DNA of 64,000 nucleotides from Oikopleura dioica (Eukaryota; Animalia; Chordata). The notes beneath the pieces were generated by a model. The model had not been told where the DNA came from. It did no database searches and saw nothing but the letters and a program-made list of their open reading frames with translations. How positions within the stretch are numbered: position 1 is the first letter of the stretch; each line of letters starts with the position of its first letter. Below are positions 11,896-23,603 of this stretch, one piece after another. The translations under genes and the position numbers were made by a program. The stretch lies in NCBI GenBank assembly GCA_907165135.1, contig OU015567.1:4216001-4280000 (forward strand), read 5' to 3'.

Positions 11896-12935
11896 GAAAA
11901 GTGCAACAATCTTCCCCGTCGTTGCTATCTGAAAAAGGTCGAAAAAGATAATTGATAAGCATCGCTATTCATCCTTTTTGACCGGTGAATAGTTCTCCAT
12001 CTTCAAAAGCCGACAAATGTTACTACTACGCTCCGGACTACAATTTAAACCGTTTCGAAGAGGCCCATGGTTATATTGCCAGTAACCACTTCAACGCGAA
12101 AGTCTCGTCAATAAGCTTCAAAGGAGTATTCTATCTGATGAGCGTGAAAATGGGCGATTATTACATCAAACTCTCTCAAACAGTTGCATTGAATAAGATT
12201 CGCCAGAGCGAAGAACTTGAGAAAGGCTGGAGAAAAATGAGATTCAGCTGCCTGCAGAACTCAGGGACTTGGATCCCGTTCATGTTGTTCCTTTGTCAGT
12301 GGTTCGAATTAAGAATCGATTAGATAGAAGTAATTTCTCGTTTGAACTCATAAAAGAATGACATGGGAAGACTCCTTCTTATTGTTGTAACCAGGAGTGT
12401 CATTTTATCGAACACTTTGTACTCGTTGTTGCTGGAAGCAGAGGGAAAGTTCCTGACTCTTGGCAGCGAGTGGATCGGCTCTCTGGTTAAATACGAACAA
12501 GAATGTATTTGTTATTCGAAGTTGTTTGCTGATGATCATCACTATACAGATCAAATTGCAGTGAGCAATGACGAATGCGAGTATTTTGGCAATGGATTCA
12601 TCAACGAAGAAAGGATCTTTGTTCAAAGTTACGTTTTCGATGCTGCATTCGAAATCGAATTTAATTTCGGAAAGGATTTAACGAAATTTTAACGAAAAGA
12701 TTTTTTGCTGAAGCCTTCTTGTGAGCAAGTTTAAATAGGGAAGCCATGTTTCATCCTTGATTTCATCGCATTGTTCCCTTGTTTATCCCAGCAGTCTTTT
12801 CCCGAGAGTAGCCGAATCTGGAAAGTTTTCAAAGGTTCTTGAAGCTGGTCCGTGAGCGCATGGATAAAATTTCTAGATTTTTAATAACAGAAGAAAGACT
12901 GCGTTGCCGTGGTGATCAATGGAACCATTTGTTGA

Positions 12936-14870
12936 GTGTCAAGGATAAACGAGGGCACAATCTCTTTTATCATTAGCAAATCCAAAACAGAACAAGTTGA
13001 AGTCGAGTTCGTGCAACAAAAATCTCAGAAGAAAATACACGTTACGAGCAATCCCTTTTTCGCCTTCCATGACGACGTTTTTCCATCTTTTTCAAAAAAT
13101 GCCGTCCGCCAGCCACGATTTCCTGCTTCAAGCTTGTACCACAAAACAATTGTTCCGGATAAATTCTTCAACTCGCTCAAAGAACTAAAACATATTTCAA
13201 CTATTGAGCTGGAACTCGATGGAAAAAAGAAATTTCAGCTTGAAATCGATGTTGGAACTGGCTTTTTTAAAGAAACGAAAATTCTTCAATTCAAATTTTT
13301 TGACGAAAGGACTCTTTTGCGCCTTCGGCTTTCGAAAAATGGCTCGTTTGGGATAGAATCAGATTTTTTTGACAAGTTTTTTATTCAACAATCAAAGAAG
13401 CAACTTGATTTCGTGTTTTATTTCAATTCAAAAGGGTCTTTTATTGAAGTTTTTCAGGAAAAGATTGATTTTAGTTTCAAAAGACTCAATTTTAAAATAA
13501 TAAAATATTAAACTCAATAAAAAGGCAAATGAAGAAAAAGCTCATTCAAAAGTAAAAATAACTGGACTTGAAAATGTGGAAAACAAAAAATTCCGAATTT
13601 TCAAGTTGGAGCAAGAAACCAAAATCAAAAATTTCATTTTGAAATCTCGATTTGATTCTCAGATAAATGTTATTTTACCGGATCGTAATGACATTCTCAA
13701 ACACTACGCATTAAAGCCTGATGGTTCAAAAAACGAAGAAATATTCGTCAAGAGTCCATTCGATTACAGCGGTCACCTTTCTCAATACGTTCATGCTTCG
13801 AGACACGCACTGATCAAAGGTCGTCTGCATATTTTTGGGGGAGTTTTTGATAACAAAAAGGTAATAAGATGAAGAAAATAATTTCATATTTTTTATAGAT
13901 TGCCCGATTGGATGGCTGCCGATTCACCGAGTTGGCTTTTCGACTGTCGTACAATTTCGACATTGGTCACTCTGCTCTTTCGATGGAAGAAGGCAGCAAA
14001 GGTGAATTTAATTTGAGCGTTTTATTTTTAAAATTAAAAAAAAAATACATCAAAAATTCAGTTGCGAGTAAATTTGAAAAGAAAAATAATTAAAAATAAT
14101 TTTCAGCGATTATTTGTTTTGCTTATCGGATCTATTGTCAGTCATTTGATGACTTTAAAGTAGAAAATAAAAAAGAAACGAATATTGAACACGAGTATGG
14201 AGAATTGGCCCTGTACAATGGCCGCTTGATTGCAATCGGAGGAATGGAGGCAGAAGGAGCAGTTGAGGAATTGAGCGAAAATGGATGGACAGTTTCAAGT
14301 CATCTAACTCATCCATTGTAGACATTAGCGAGAACTATTTATTGAATTATTTAAGATCGATTGTCTATTTTTCTGCGATCGAACTTCCTTCTGGAAGTCT
14401 TTTGACCATTGGAGGATGGGATGTAAAGAGAAGGTCTAGTGAACGATTGTTGAATGAAATCTGGGAACTGAAAAACGATAAATGGTCGAAAGTCGGTGAA
14501 AAACTTTCGAAGGTTCGTAAATTTGTCGATAAAAAATTTGTTTGCTGTTTTTTTTTCATTTTTATACTTAAGGCTGTTTTTATGTCTTCATCAATTATCT
14601 TGAAAAGCAGCATCTTCGTTTTTCCTGGCCGTCTTTACGAAGATGACTCTCCGATTCATAAATTTGATCTAGGTCAAAGTTTTCAGTTTTCTACAATTAT
14701 GATTATTAAACAAATTAGAAAATTTATCTTCAATTTTTTAAATTCGGAGCTTTAAAAAAGACTCAGATGGAAAAATCATTCAAACTCAAGTCATGAACTC
14801 AAGAGAACAAGTTTTATTTCCGATTGTTTTTTTGACACCTGTTAATCACTGCACCAATGACCTCATTTGA
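12936..14870 (+). CDS. Kelch-like beta-propeller protein of a lineage-expanded family (multi-exon; start uncertain)
   Basis: HALIKGRLHIFGG, IARLDGC, LLTIGG motifs; aligns with the 27908-29886 gene (AILRGKFYIFGG...IRRLDGC). Confidence 0.55.
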
Positions 14871-15020
14871 TGAAACTAAACCAATTGTCGGAAAATATAA
14901 TTTTGGAGAAATAAATTACTAATCGACTAATTATAGAGCCGGAAGTAGACCATTCGACTCAGAATTTTCTTCTCTTTCATATGAGAGTCTCATGTAAGAT
15001 AATAAAAATGAGTAATCTAT

Positions 15021-15640
15021 TAGCTCTGGCATCTATTGCCAATAGACTATTGGGTTACTCTTTTGGATAATTATGCTTCTAGCTGAGGGTTGATTGTGAC
15101 TGCCCTGGTCAAGCTTGTTGGATGATTAGCCGGTCCATAAATTCCCAGCGTCCTTTGGTTTCTGGAAAATAATGTGAAAATATGTCACACCAACGAGCCT
15201 CGTTACGAGGTAAAAGAGAAGTGTAGCTTTGAGGAAAATAGTTCAGTCTTGCAATAATTCTTGGGTCTAATAATTCTCTGGTCAATAATCGACTACAAGC
15301 CTGCCCGCTACGGAACCTTCATCTTCCCCGGCTGGGCCCAACTTGGGCCGCCCAAGCAATCGGCTGGATCGTCGTTCTGACCGCACTGCTCATCATCCCG
15401 ATTATAGCGTATCGTCAAGTGCAAAAATCGCCCGGAGAAGGATTCAAAGAAAAGGTAAAATTTGCTTCGAAACCGACTGAAAAATGGCAGCCCGGCGATC
15501 CAAAATACAGGAAAAATCCGCCCTTGGCGACTGATCCTTGCGAAGATGACGTTTTTATGATTCCAGAAGAAGCTCCTCGAAGCCGGCAACTTTCGACTTA
15601 CTGTTGATTTTTTTTCTAATACTGTAAATGCCTTTATAAA
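15021..15640 (+). pseudogene. Decayed duplicate of the 3' end of the SLC6 gene (about 8265-8890)
   Basis: High nucleotide identity that includes an intron and the 3' UTR; TGG>TGA change (agc tga ggg), an internal deletion and a 14-nt insertion. Confidence 0.93.
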
Positions 15641-16039
15641 GTAAAGCGAAATGAGTTCAGAAGGAAAAAAATGAGCGATTTACTTATTCAGCAGCTATAA
15701 ATCTCCACGGCTGTTGCGAGAATTGCATATTAACTCGACATAAGATACGGAATATAAACCCACAAATAAGAACATTATCCCAGTTCCGAATGAATATGAG
15801 ATTTCTCAGGCTTTTTCTTTTTGTTTCTTCTGAGGTTTTTGTTTATGGAGATGCTATTGGTACGTTTGAACAAAAAATTATGAGAAAGAGTTTTTATTAT
15901 GAAAAATTCAGGTTTTAATCGACTAAGAAATAATGTGCGGAATTTTAATATCATGCGCGAGAGGCAAGTTTTTTCATCTTCCAATTTCTTAACAACATTT
16001 TTTCAAGATCTCCATCAAGTTACAAATTCACGATCAGAC

Positions 16040-16510
16040 GACCAAACTCATCAAAAAAGATGACTCTTGGACAAAAAGCCTATCTTCGTGCACTCAAGCG
16101 ATTCAATGTAAAGTAGGCGTAAAAAAGTTTATTCATGCCGTTTTCAAGTAAATTGTCTGGTTATCTTCAATTTGTTTTGCTCGACATAGAGCTGAATAAA
16201 ATGCTCGCAAAGGGCTTCAACATCGTCGATTCCTGTGTTTTCGGAAAAGCCATATTCGGAAGCGTATTTGATCATTTCTGAAGAGATAGGTTAGGGTTAG
16301 GGCTTAGCTTGGGGTTAGTGTTAGGGGGCTAGGGTTAGGGTGAGGGTTAGGGTTATCACTGTAAGTACCTTGTAAGCAATCAAATCGAAATTTATAAAGA
16401 TCGGAAAGTCTGTACTCCTCCATCATTTTGTTCGTATTCGCCATTGGCACTCCGATACTTTGTACTGGGAGAAAAAATAGACCGAAAAAGTAGAAATGTT
16501 TCAGAACCAT
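16040..16510 (-). CDS. Small secreted protein of unknown function
   Basis: Signal peptide MVLKHFYFFGLFFLPVQS; GT-AG intron 16368-16278 joins CLQ to EMIKYASEY in frame; 3' end uncertain. Confidence 0.45.
16288..16355 (+). repeat. Degenerate interstitial telomere-like (TTAGGG)n tract
   Basis: ggttagggttagggcttagcttggggttagtgttagggggctagggttagggtgagggttagggtta. Confidence 0.85.
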
Positions 16511-17057
16511 TTTTGTGCCGCAAAAGTTTATTCGTTCGACAATTTATATTGTTACTTAGTGAGCGGCTCGTCTGCTAGCTTTTGAATATTGATACTTTTC
16601 CATGGCCGCGTATGTTAGATAAGCGAATTATTGAGTGGAATATTCAAAATAGAAGTGGTTTTTGTTGTCTATAATTATTCGAATTAAAGCCAAAAAATTG
16701 ACCTTTTAGGCTAAAAAAGTTTCAGCAACAATAACTGATCAGTTTTGAAATAATCCAAGAAGTTTTTTTTTTTGATGAGTTGTCTGGAAGATAAAAAAAT
16801 ATTATTGAGAATATATCTATTTTGAGCGGCAATTCGGACATGCTCGAATAGATAACGCGCCCATATAATCAACTTTTTAAAAACAGGACGAAGCATAACT
16901 CACAAGGAAGAAGAATCCACCACCACGACGTTGATAACATATAGAAGATTTTTAAAAGTTTTTTCAGCTTTTCTTGAAATGTGCAAGGAAGAAATCAAAA
17001 ACGAGACTCCTGGTAAGCAAAAATCCAAGAAAATTAAAAATAAATTGCTTCTATTAA

Positions 17058-17443
17058 GGGGGTAGAAACAGCTTTTTTCCGAAAAAGCCGATTTTTGACC
17101 GGCGCTACAGACAAAAGAATCTTATATTTTCAAATTTACTCTTCAGGTATAGATAGATACATCTTAGATCTAGGAACATCTCTCTCGAAATTTGTTTAAG
17201 TCATCAATTTTTTGAGTAAGAGGGCTCAGAAGCAACTCATCTCGCCAAAATTCTTGATTTTCGCCAATTTTCAAACACGAATATCTCGAGTCCCGTGATA
17301 GTTAAACATATTTCATACTCATTTTTGTGAAGATCAACCCCTTTTCTAGGAACATTTATAAGGAGATTCCGTTAACATAAATAAATCGTATGTTTTCTTA
17401 TGTGTAGCTACAGTTCAAAATCGATAAAGCTGTTTCTACCCCC
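17058..17443. mobile_element. Non-autonomous DNA transposon with TTAA TSD (Kolobok-like)
   Basis: TTAA-GGGGGTAGAAACAGCTTT...AAAGCTGTTTCTACCCCC-TTAA. Purine (GG) termini with a TTAA TSD fit Kolobok rather than piggyBac (CCC termini). Confidence 0.85.
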
Positions 17444-17890
17444 TTAAGTAGTGGTTGCTTTACATAAGCGGATGTTAAGACTTGCATTTCATGATTACCA
17501 TAAGTTATCATAACTTGGTCCATAATGGTCCATAAGGGTATCTCTTAACTTTATCATTCAGTGTGTTTCATTTGCGGCGCCCAATTCGTTAGCATGGAGT
17601 ATCTGAATCTCCACATCACCGACGACCATGGATATTTCGCTGGAATCTGAGCCACTTTTCTGCTCTCCCCCTTTCGATACATATTTCTGCTTTATGTATA
17701 CAATGTAATAAATCTTCGCTTTGAAAATTCAATTCGAAATTGCTCAATCACCGTTTCTCCCGTTCTCCTCCGTTTCAAAATATTTTCAAATTAACACAAC
17801 GCTCCAGAAGATGAATTGAATAAATGCTTCACGTTTTTTTGACTCACTTTCGAAATTCTCAAGCGAGAAAGAAAAATAGAGAAAATTAAG

Positions 17891-17900
17891 AATTTTGCAG
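17891..17900 (+). promoter_or_regulatory. Possible unpaired acceptor (SL trans-splice site) 2 nt before the galM ATG
   Basis: AATTTTGCAG|GAATG. SL trans-splicing is established in Oikopleura, but a 5' UTR cis-intron is equally possible. Confidence 0.3.
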
Positions 17901-17902
17901 GA

Positions 17903-19362
17903 ATGTTCAAGAGTGCAATTTTCGGTGTGGCAGCTGTCTTGGGTCAGAGTCAAACGACAGTCAAGGAATTCGAATTCGGGAGGATAAGTGTGGGAGGCGG
18001 ATTTCAGGAATGGATTGACCAAGGAAAGATAACCTAAAGCTCTCTCTTCGATAAAACGAAACTTAAGGTTTATTCAAGTTAAGTCGGTTCGCGCTTTTGA
18101 GCTAGAAAACGATTTCATAACATGTACAATTCTTTCATACGGTAAGTTACTCATTAGGAATGTCACTATCATATTCACTGTCTATCGTCAAACCATAGGC
18201 AATTGGTATACCTTATCAATTCTGAGATTGTTTAAAAATATAATTGTGAACTATTTTTCCTTAGCTTATGATGTTTAGGAGTCACTTTTCAAAAAATCCT
18301 CGTTCGCGACCGAACCAGCATTTTCGACGATGTTTTGATGGGCTTTGACAACATCGACGACTACCTCAAAAACAACGACTACGTTGGCGGAGTTCTCGGC
18401 CGCTATGCGAATCGAATCAAGGGCGCTTCTTTCTCTTTATACGGCCAGACGTACTATTTGAACCCGACGAGTTGGGACGAAAATCACATTCACGGTGGAA
18501 CTTTTGGCTTTGATAAAGTTGTCTGGTCGGGGAACAAATTGACTAATGGGGTTGAATTCTTTCATTCTTCCCCTGACGGGGATGAGGGATATCCTGGCAA
18601 GCTCGATACGATTATTACCATCCGCCTGAATCAGCACGAAATAGATGTTACTTATGAAAGTAGAACGAATAAGCCGACCCATGTTAATATCAGCCATCAC
18701 TGGTATTTTAACATGAATGGACATATGAACTGGGGATCGGTTGATGACTTGAAGCTCATTGTTCCGACAGGTCATTACATGAAACCTTATCATATGCTTA
18801 AAATTTCCTTCTAGAGACTTATTTGGAAACTGACGAGGAAAACATCCCGACCGGTCGAGTCATGCCTGTCGAAATGACCCCTTTTGACCTCCGATCCGGC
18901 CAATTTCTCACACAAAATCTTTTAACCTCCGTCCCCGGAGGCCATGGACTGGATCTTTGCTACACTTTTCCCGACGACAGAAAACTCAGACAGGTAGCGA
19001 TTCTTGCGGCTCCCTACAGTGGAAGATTGCTTGAGCTGAAGTCGACAAATCCGGGGATGCAAGTTTACACGGCGAATTGGGTTCCGGATAGCGTTGGAAA
19101 ATATAATATTCCCTATGTACGTACTGATTAAAAATTCAAAGTGAACATGCCACTGAGCAATTTTGCGTGAAAGCTAATTAAACATTTTCAACTGGTTGGT
19201 TTTCGCTCTCACGTGGGTCTTTTTCAGGGTAAACATACTGCTGTGGCTTTGGAACCGCAGTTCTGGCCAGACTCGCCCAATCAGCCGCAATTCCCCTCAA
19301 CCTTGTTGGTACCTGGCCAGTACTACAAGCAACAGACGACACTGGCTTTTTACAGAATCTAA
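17903..19362 (+). CDS. galM: Aldose 1-epimerase (galactose mutarotase)
   Basis: DVLMGFD...YVGGVLGRYANRI, HIHGG, DGDEGYPG, SHHWYFN (catalytic His), ALEPQFWPDSPNQ (catalytic Glu); hydrophobic N-terminal leader. Confidence 0.95.
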
Positions 19363-19595
19363 AATGAGGCCACATCTTTAAATTGCGTGAATAAATGACC
19401 AAGACGCCCTTTCCCTTTTTAACGGATTCTATATATTTTATTGACTCTGAAGCTCTTTTTTATGCTACTTTACAATGCAGGATAATTAAACAACCAGATT
19501 TACTATCAAATAAGACTTGTACGTCAAACAAGAAAGACTCTTCTATGGGGACTTAATTCTCTAATGTGGCAGTTTGTAGGACAGATAAGAGAGAA

Positions 19596-21025
19596 ATGAG
19601 TCGGTCGGGGATCGAAAAATGCTTGGGATTGAATAAACCTATGTCTCTTCTGGTGGCTATTCCTTATCTTGTTTTAGTTATTCCAATAACTTTTTTGAAT
19701 AGCATTGTGTTTTGGTAAGAGTTTAAAGACTCATTATACATTGATACTTATAATTTTAGGGCACCAATTTTTATTGTGCGAGCGATAGTTCATAAATGCT
19801 TTCAAGCGAGTTTGAGAGTAGTTTCTTTCAAAAATGCTTCAGGAAAGGTTCTATATTGAATTAGCATCATAAGGGCCATTAAAAGTGGATCCACTGAAAG
19901 TGATTGCAAATCTATGCGGGACCATTGTTTTCATAACTTTGTATGCTTTGCAGATGACCGGTGTAATCGACGATCATTATATACAGAAGGTTCCGCTGCT
20001 TCTAGCGTTTGTTGGGGTGAGTTTTTGTCGATCGGTTTGGTATTTATTTTTTCTAGTATTTCAAGATTCATATTTCTGTCATGCTTGGATTTATATCTTT
20101 TATTTCGATTGGACCTTGTTATTTTATCTTACTGCAGTTCGAGAAAAGAAAGAATGATATTGAAGACACATCTTCTCTTGAGTTTGGTATTGAAAAAATC
20201 AGCCACGAAAAAGACGGGAGAACCGAATCAATAAAAATCTTTGGAATCAATAGAACTATCTTCATTTTGGTTGCTATTCCTTATTGTGTATTTTTCATCC
20301 CGACTACCTTTTTGAATATCATTGTCTTTTGGTTAATCTGAAATTCTTTTTTTTTAAGAATTCATTCTTTTCTATAGGCCGCCAGTATATTTTGCACGAG
20401 CGACTCTTCAAAGATGTTTTAAACTTCCTTGGAAAGTGGTTCAGTTCAAATATATTTCAGGAAAGGATTATTTTGACAGCCCATTAAGGCCCATAGGACG
20501 AAGAAAAAAATTGTATCCTGACAAAAAGTTTTTGCAAACTTGATTGGAGCCGCCTTTTATTCTGTTCTCTATGCATTGATGTATGTGATGTATGCATGTC
20601 AAAGATCTTCATCAGATGAGGCAGATTCGAAAAGTAGTGACTCTCCTTGTATGGTAGTCAGAAATTTAATTTCTTTATTTTTGAACAAATTTTAGTCATT
20701 TTATGTTGTGATGACCTTGACGATTGCGATTTCATCTTTCTGTTCGATTGGCCCTGCTTTCTTCATGATTCTGAAATTTGCGGAGGAAGATAGTGGTGGT
20801 TACGAAGACATAACAACCATTGAATTGGATGTTGAAAGTCAAACTGATGAAATAATTGAAGAAATAGACGAGATTGACTCCAGTTCCAGAATTCAGCAAA
20901 TAAGTAATCAAGTGGTCTTTATTGATGGTGTGGACCCTGAGGACCAACAATCTGAGAGCTCAATTGGAACATACAGAACAAAGACGACTGTGTCGAAAAA
21001 TGGTGAGTTTGTTCAAGAACCATAA
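19596..21025 (+). CDS. Unknown polytopic membrane protein with two tandem ~3-TM repeats and an acidic tail
   Basis: Repeats LLVAIPYLVLVIPITFLNSIVFW / ILVAIPYCVFFIPTTFLNIIVFW, KVIANL / KVFANL, SFISIGP / SFCSIGP; intron positions shared between repeats; a probable 1-nt frameshift near 20522-20527. Confidence 0.6.
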
Positions 21026-21429
21026 TAAAGAACCGATTTCTTAAGCATTCAAAGAGGAGATCGAAAAAATAAACAATCACGAAAAAACTCTTGAACAATT
21101 GTCATTCGAAGTAGCTGCCCTAAAAACAATCGTAATCAACCTGTCGAATTCCAACAAAAACAAAATGTCTGAAAATAAATCTACGTCTTTTTAAGAACTG
21201 GGTTGAGCGCTGCAAATTCCTTCCAGTCAAGCAAGAATTTCGCATTCTCATTAAGCCGGCCTCGCGCTGTCTAATGAGTTCGCCGGAACAAAAATATACA
21301 TGTGACATTTTCTCTCGCTACAAGTTCTAAACTTCTCCCGCGAAAAGTTCAATCTCGTCAAATAAGAATTATTTTTTGTCAATTAAATTTTGACCTTGTT
21401 GGATGAAAATAAGAATGCTTCGCTCAAAT

Positions 21430-21550
21430 TTGGGCTCGAAAACTGTTAAAACCTGAGTCAGGGTCTTAAAATAATCGAAAAAAATTTATTTTCGAAGCCG
21501 CTGCGCGGCTTCGTTTTCAGAAAAAAAGCCGCTACGCGGCTTTTCATCAA
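21430..21550. mobile_element. Half copy of MITE family A
   Basis: TTGGGCTCGAAAACTGTTAAAACCTGAGTCAGGGTC followed by two AAGCCGCnnCGCGGCTT palindromes. Confidence 0.75.
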
Positions 21551-23603
21551 AAGTTTTCCTCAAAGAAAAGCGCCATTTGAAGTACTTTTTGTCCAGGAAT
21601 TACTTTTATTTTTATCCGAAAAAACACTTTTTTTGTCTGAAAAAAAAGTCTTGGAAAAGACGCAAGAGTTTCCGTCAGCCATGATCAAAACCGCAATTTC
21701 GTGGTCGGAGAAAAAGTTCTTTGTGGCTAATCAAATCAGACGCTTTGTTTAATAAATGAAACTTGGGTTTAAAAATCTTTGTGAAAAGCAAAGTTCTTCA
21801 GAAAAAGGAAAAAGGGGAATAAAATGATGTTACAGATTCTTATCGTGAGTTATTGTAAGGCGTCGGTTTCTGGCTTATCAGAAGGAGCTACTAATCGCCC
21901 GAGCCGTAACATGCTATCACAACGTGACGCCCTTAGAGAACTACCCAGTTCGAACGAGAACCAGGATCTTCAAGACGAAGATACAAATACTGTTTTCGAG
22001 GAGATGAAAAAAGAGCATTTTCCAATGGTCGAATATCTTGACAGGAAATTGTTGAAATTTCGCCTTTTTGAATCCTCGTTTTCGAGCCGAAACCTTCAAC
22101 AATCAAAAAAAGTTTCCAGCGCCATCAAAATGTCCACCAATTAATGTCCGCCTTGGCAAATATCAACAACTGGGATCCTCTTCATGACGACAATTTGATC
22201 ATGTTCGCGAATGAACATGTAAGGATACCTTTTCTTGGTGGAATAAAAATTTTTAGTATTACAAGAAGCCCTCGGGAATGGGCCGACTGGAGAAGCCAAA
22301 GTATCATCTGACCCAAAAGATGAAGGAATTTTACGAATTGTACAAGAACATGAATGAGCTACCGGATAGTCCGCATAAAGATCACTGAGAAAAAACACTT
22401 TTGAAAATATACTGAAATACGAAAACATCTCTGTGACAATAAAAGCTAGAAAAAAATGGAAAAGAAAATCTACTTTTTGATTATCATTAATTGTACGGCC
22501 GAATTAGTCATCGTTTGACCGGGAGGTAACCTAGAGATGTGTGACACAGGGGTTGACACGAGCGGGCGCGCGAGAGTCGTTATTACGGAGCCAGCACGAG
22601 CAAAGAGCACCGTTGCTCTCCAAGGACGCTGTATTTTTTTTACTTTCTAAGTCCAATTTCGACCTACAACAATCGTATTTTTAAACAGGGCTGGAATAGA
22701 GAAACGGAAAATGAAGCTGTTACCGGTTCTACTGCTGGGAATAAATGCAGATGAAAGAGCAGAAAGAAGACCGAGAAGTCCAAAGCTTGAAGGGTGGATG
22801 GGAAAGAAACATCATGTCTTGTCAAGGTAAAATTCGAACGAGGCTCATTTCGATGATCTCTGATTTCTTTTTTCGGTTTCAATTTTTTCTTGAGTATTTT
22901 CAACTTTTTCGTCTTCCAATAAAATTAAAAAATATTTTTGTAAAAACCAAATTATGATTTTCTTGGAATTCGGAATTTTTTTAATAATTTTTTGTTCAAT
23001 TTTTCAATTTTTAAAAATCTCCTTAAAATGCACGTAACGTGATCTACCATCATTTCTAAATAGTCTGTCATCGATTACCGGTCCGTTATTACGCGTATTT
23101 ACGGAGCTCAAGGAGCCTCTAGCATTACCAGCATATTTTATGATACGATTTGAGAGAACTACGTAAGCGATGATATAAATTCCATTTTGTTATTTTTACA
23201 AAGTCAGCGGCAATTACGCGCGTTTATTTTTACTGAAAATATAATTCCTTCTGAGCCAGGCTTTTTAGAGAACAGAGAAGTTTACAGCTTTAGAACGTTC
23301 GAAATATGCATGGAAAGTTTTTGGCTTCGTAAAATTAGGGTATGAATAAAATATAAGTTAGGGTTAGGTTTTGGCAAACCGTTTTGCTAGGATAGTTTTT
23401 ATCGAAATTTATTATTGGAGTTGAACGACTTATTCTTTATAAAAGAATAATGTTTATGAAATTAAAAATTTGCAGAAAGAATAACTCAATCGCCGATCGA
23501 ACAGTCGGATAGTTGTGGTGACTCTTTGAATAAAAAAACAATTTCACAAATTTGAAAATTTTGTCTTTTAATTTCTGATAAGACATGAGACGAAACCTAT
23601 TTT

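Larger units (their letters stand above)
9625..12900 (+). pseudogene. Cys-rich/kelch-like protein gene, apparently disrupted
   Basis: ORF 9813-10160 continues in frame past a TGA into CPTQKYCQNGCPCPFYDC and ORF 10278-10529. Further stops and a nested TIR insertion at 10780-11895. Boundaries approximate. Confidence 0.4.

Noticed and set aside
10577-11909. Several ORFs overlapping the foldback element
   Set aside because: They arise from the repeat structure; no DDE or other transposase motif.
17483-17731. Possible solo LTR (TGTTA...CA with AATAAA)
   Set aside because: No TSD, no PBS and no second copy in the window.
19840-20530. TGA at the same position in both membrane-protein repeats, suggesting recoding
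   Set aside because: Both TGAs fall inside the GA-AG introns once the frames are resolved.
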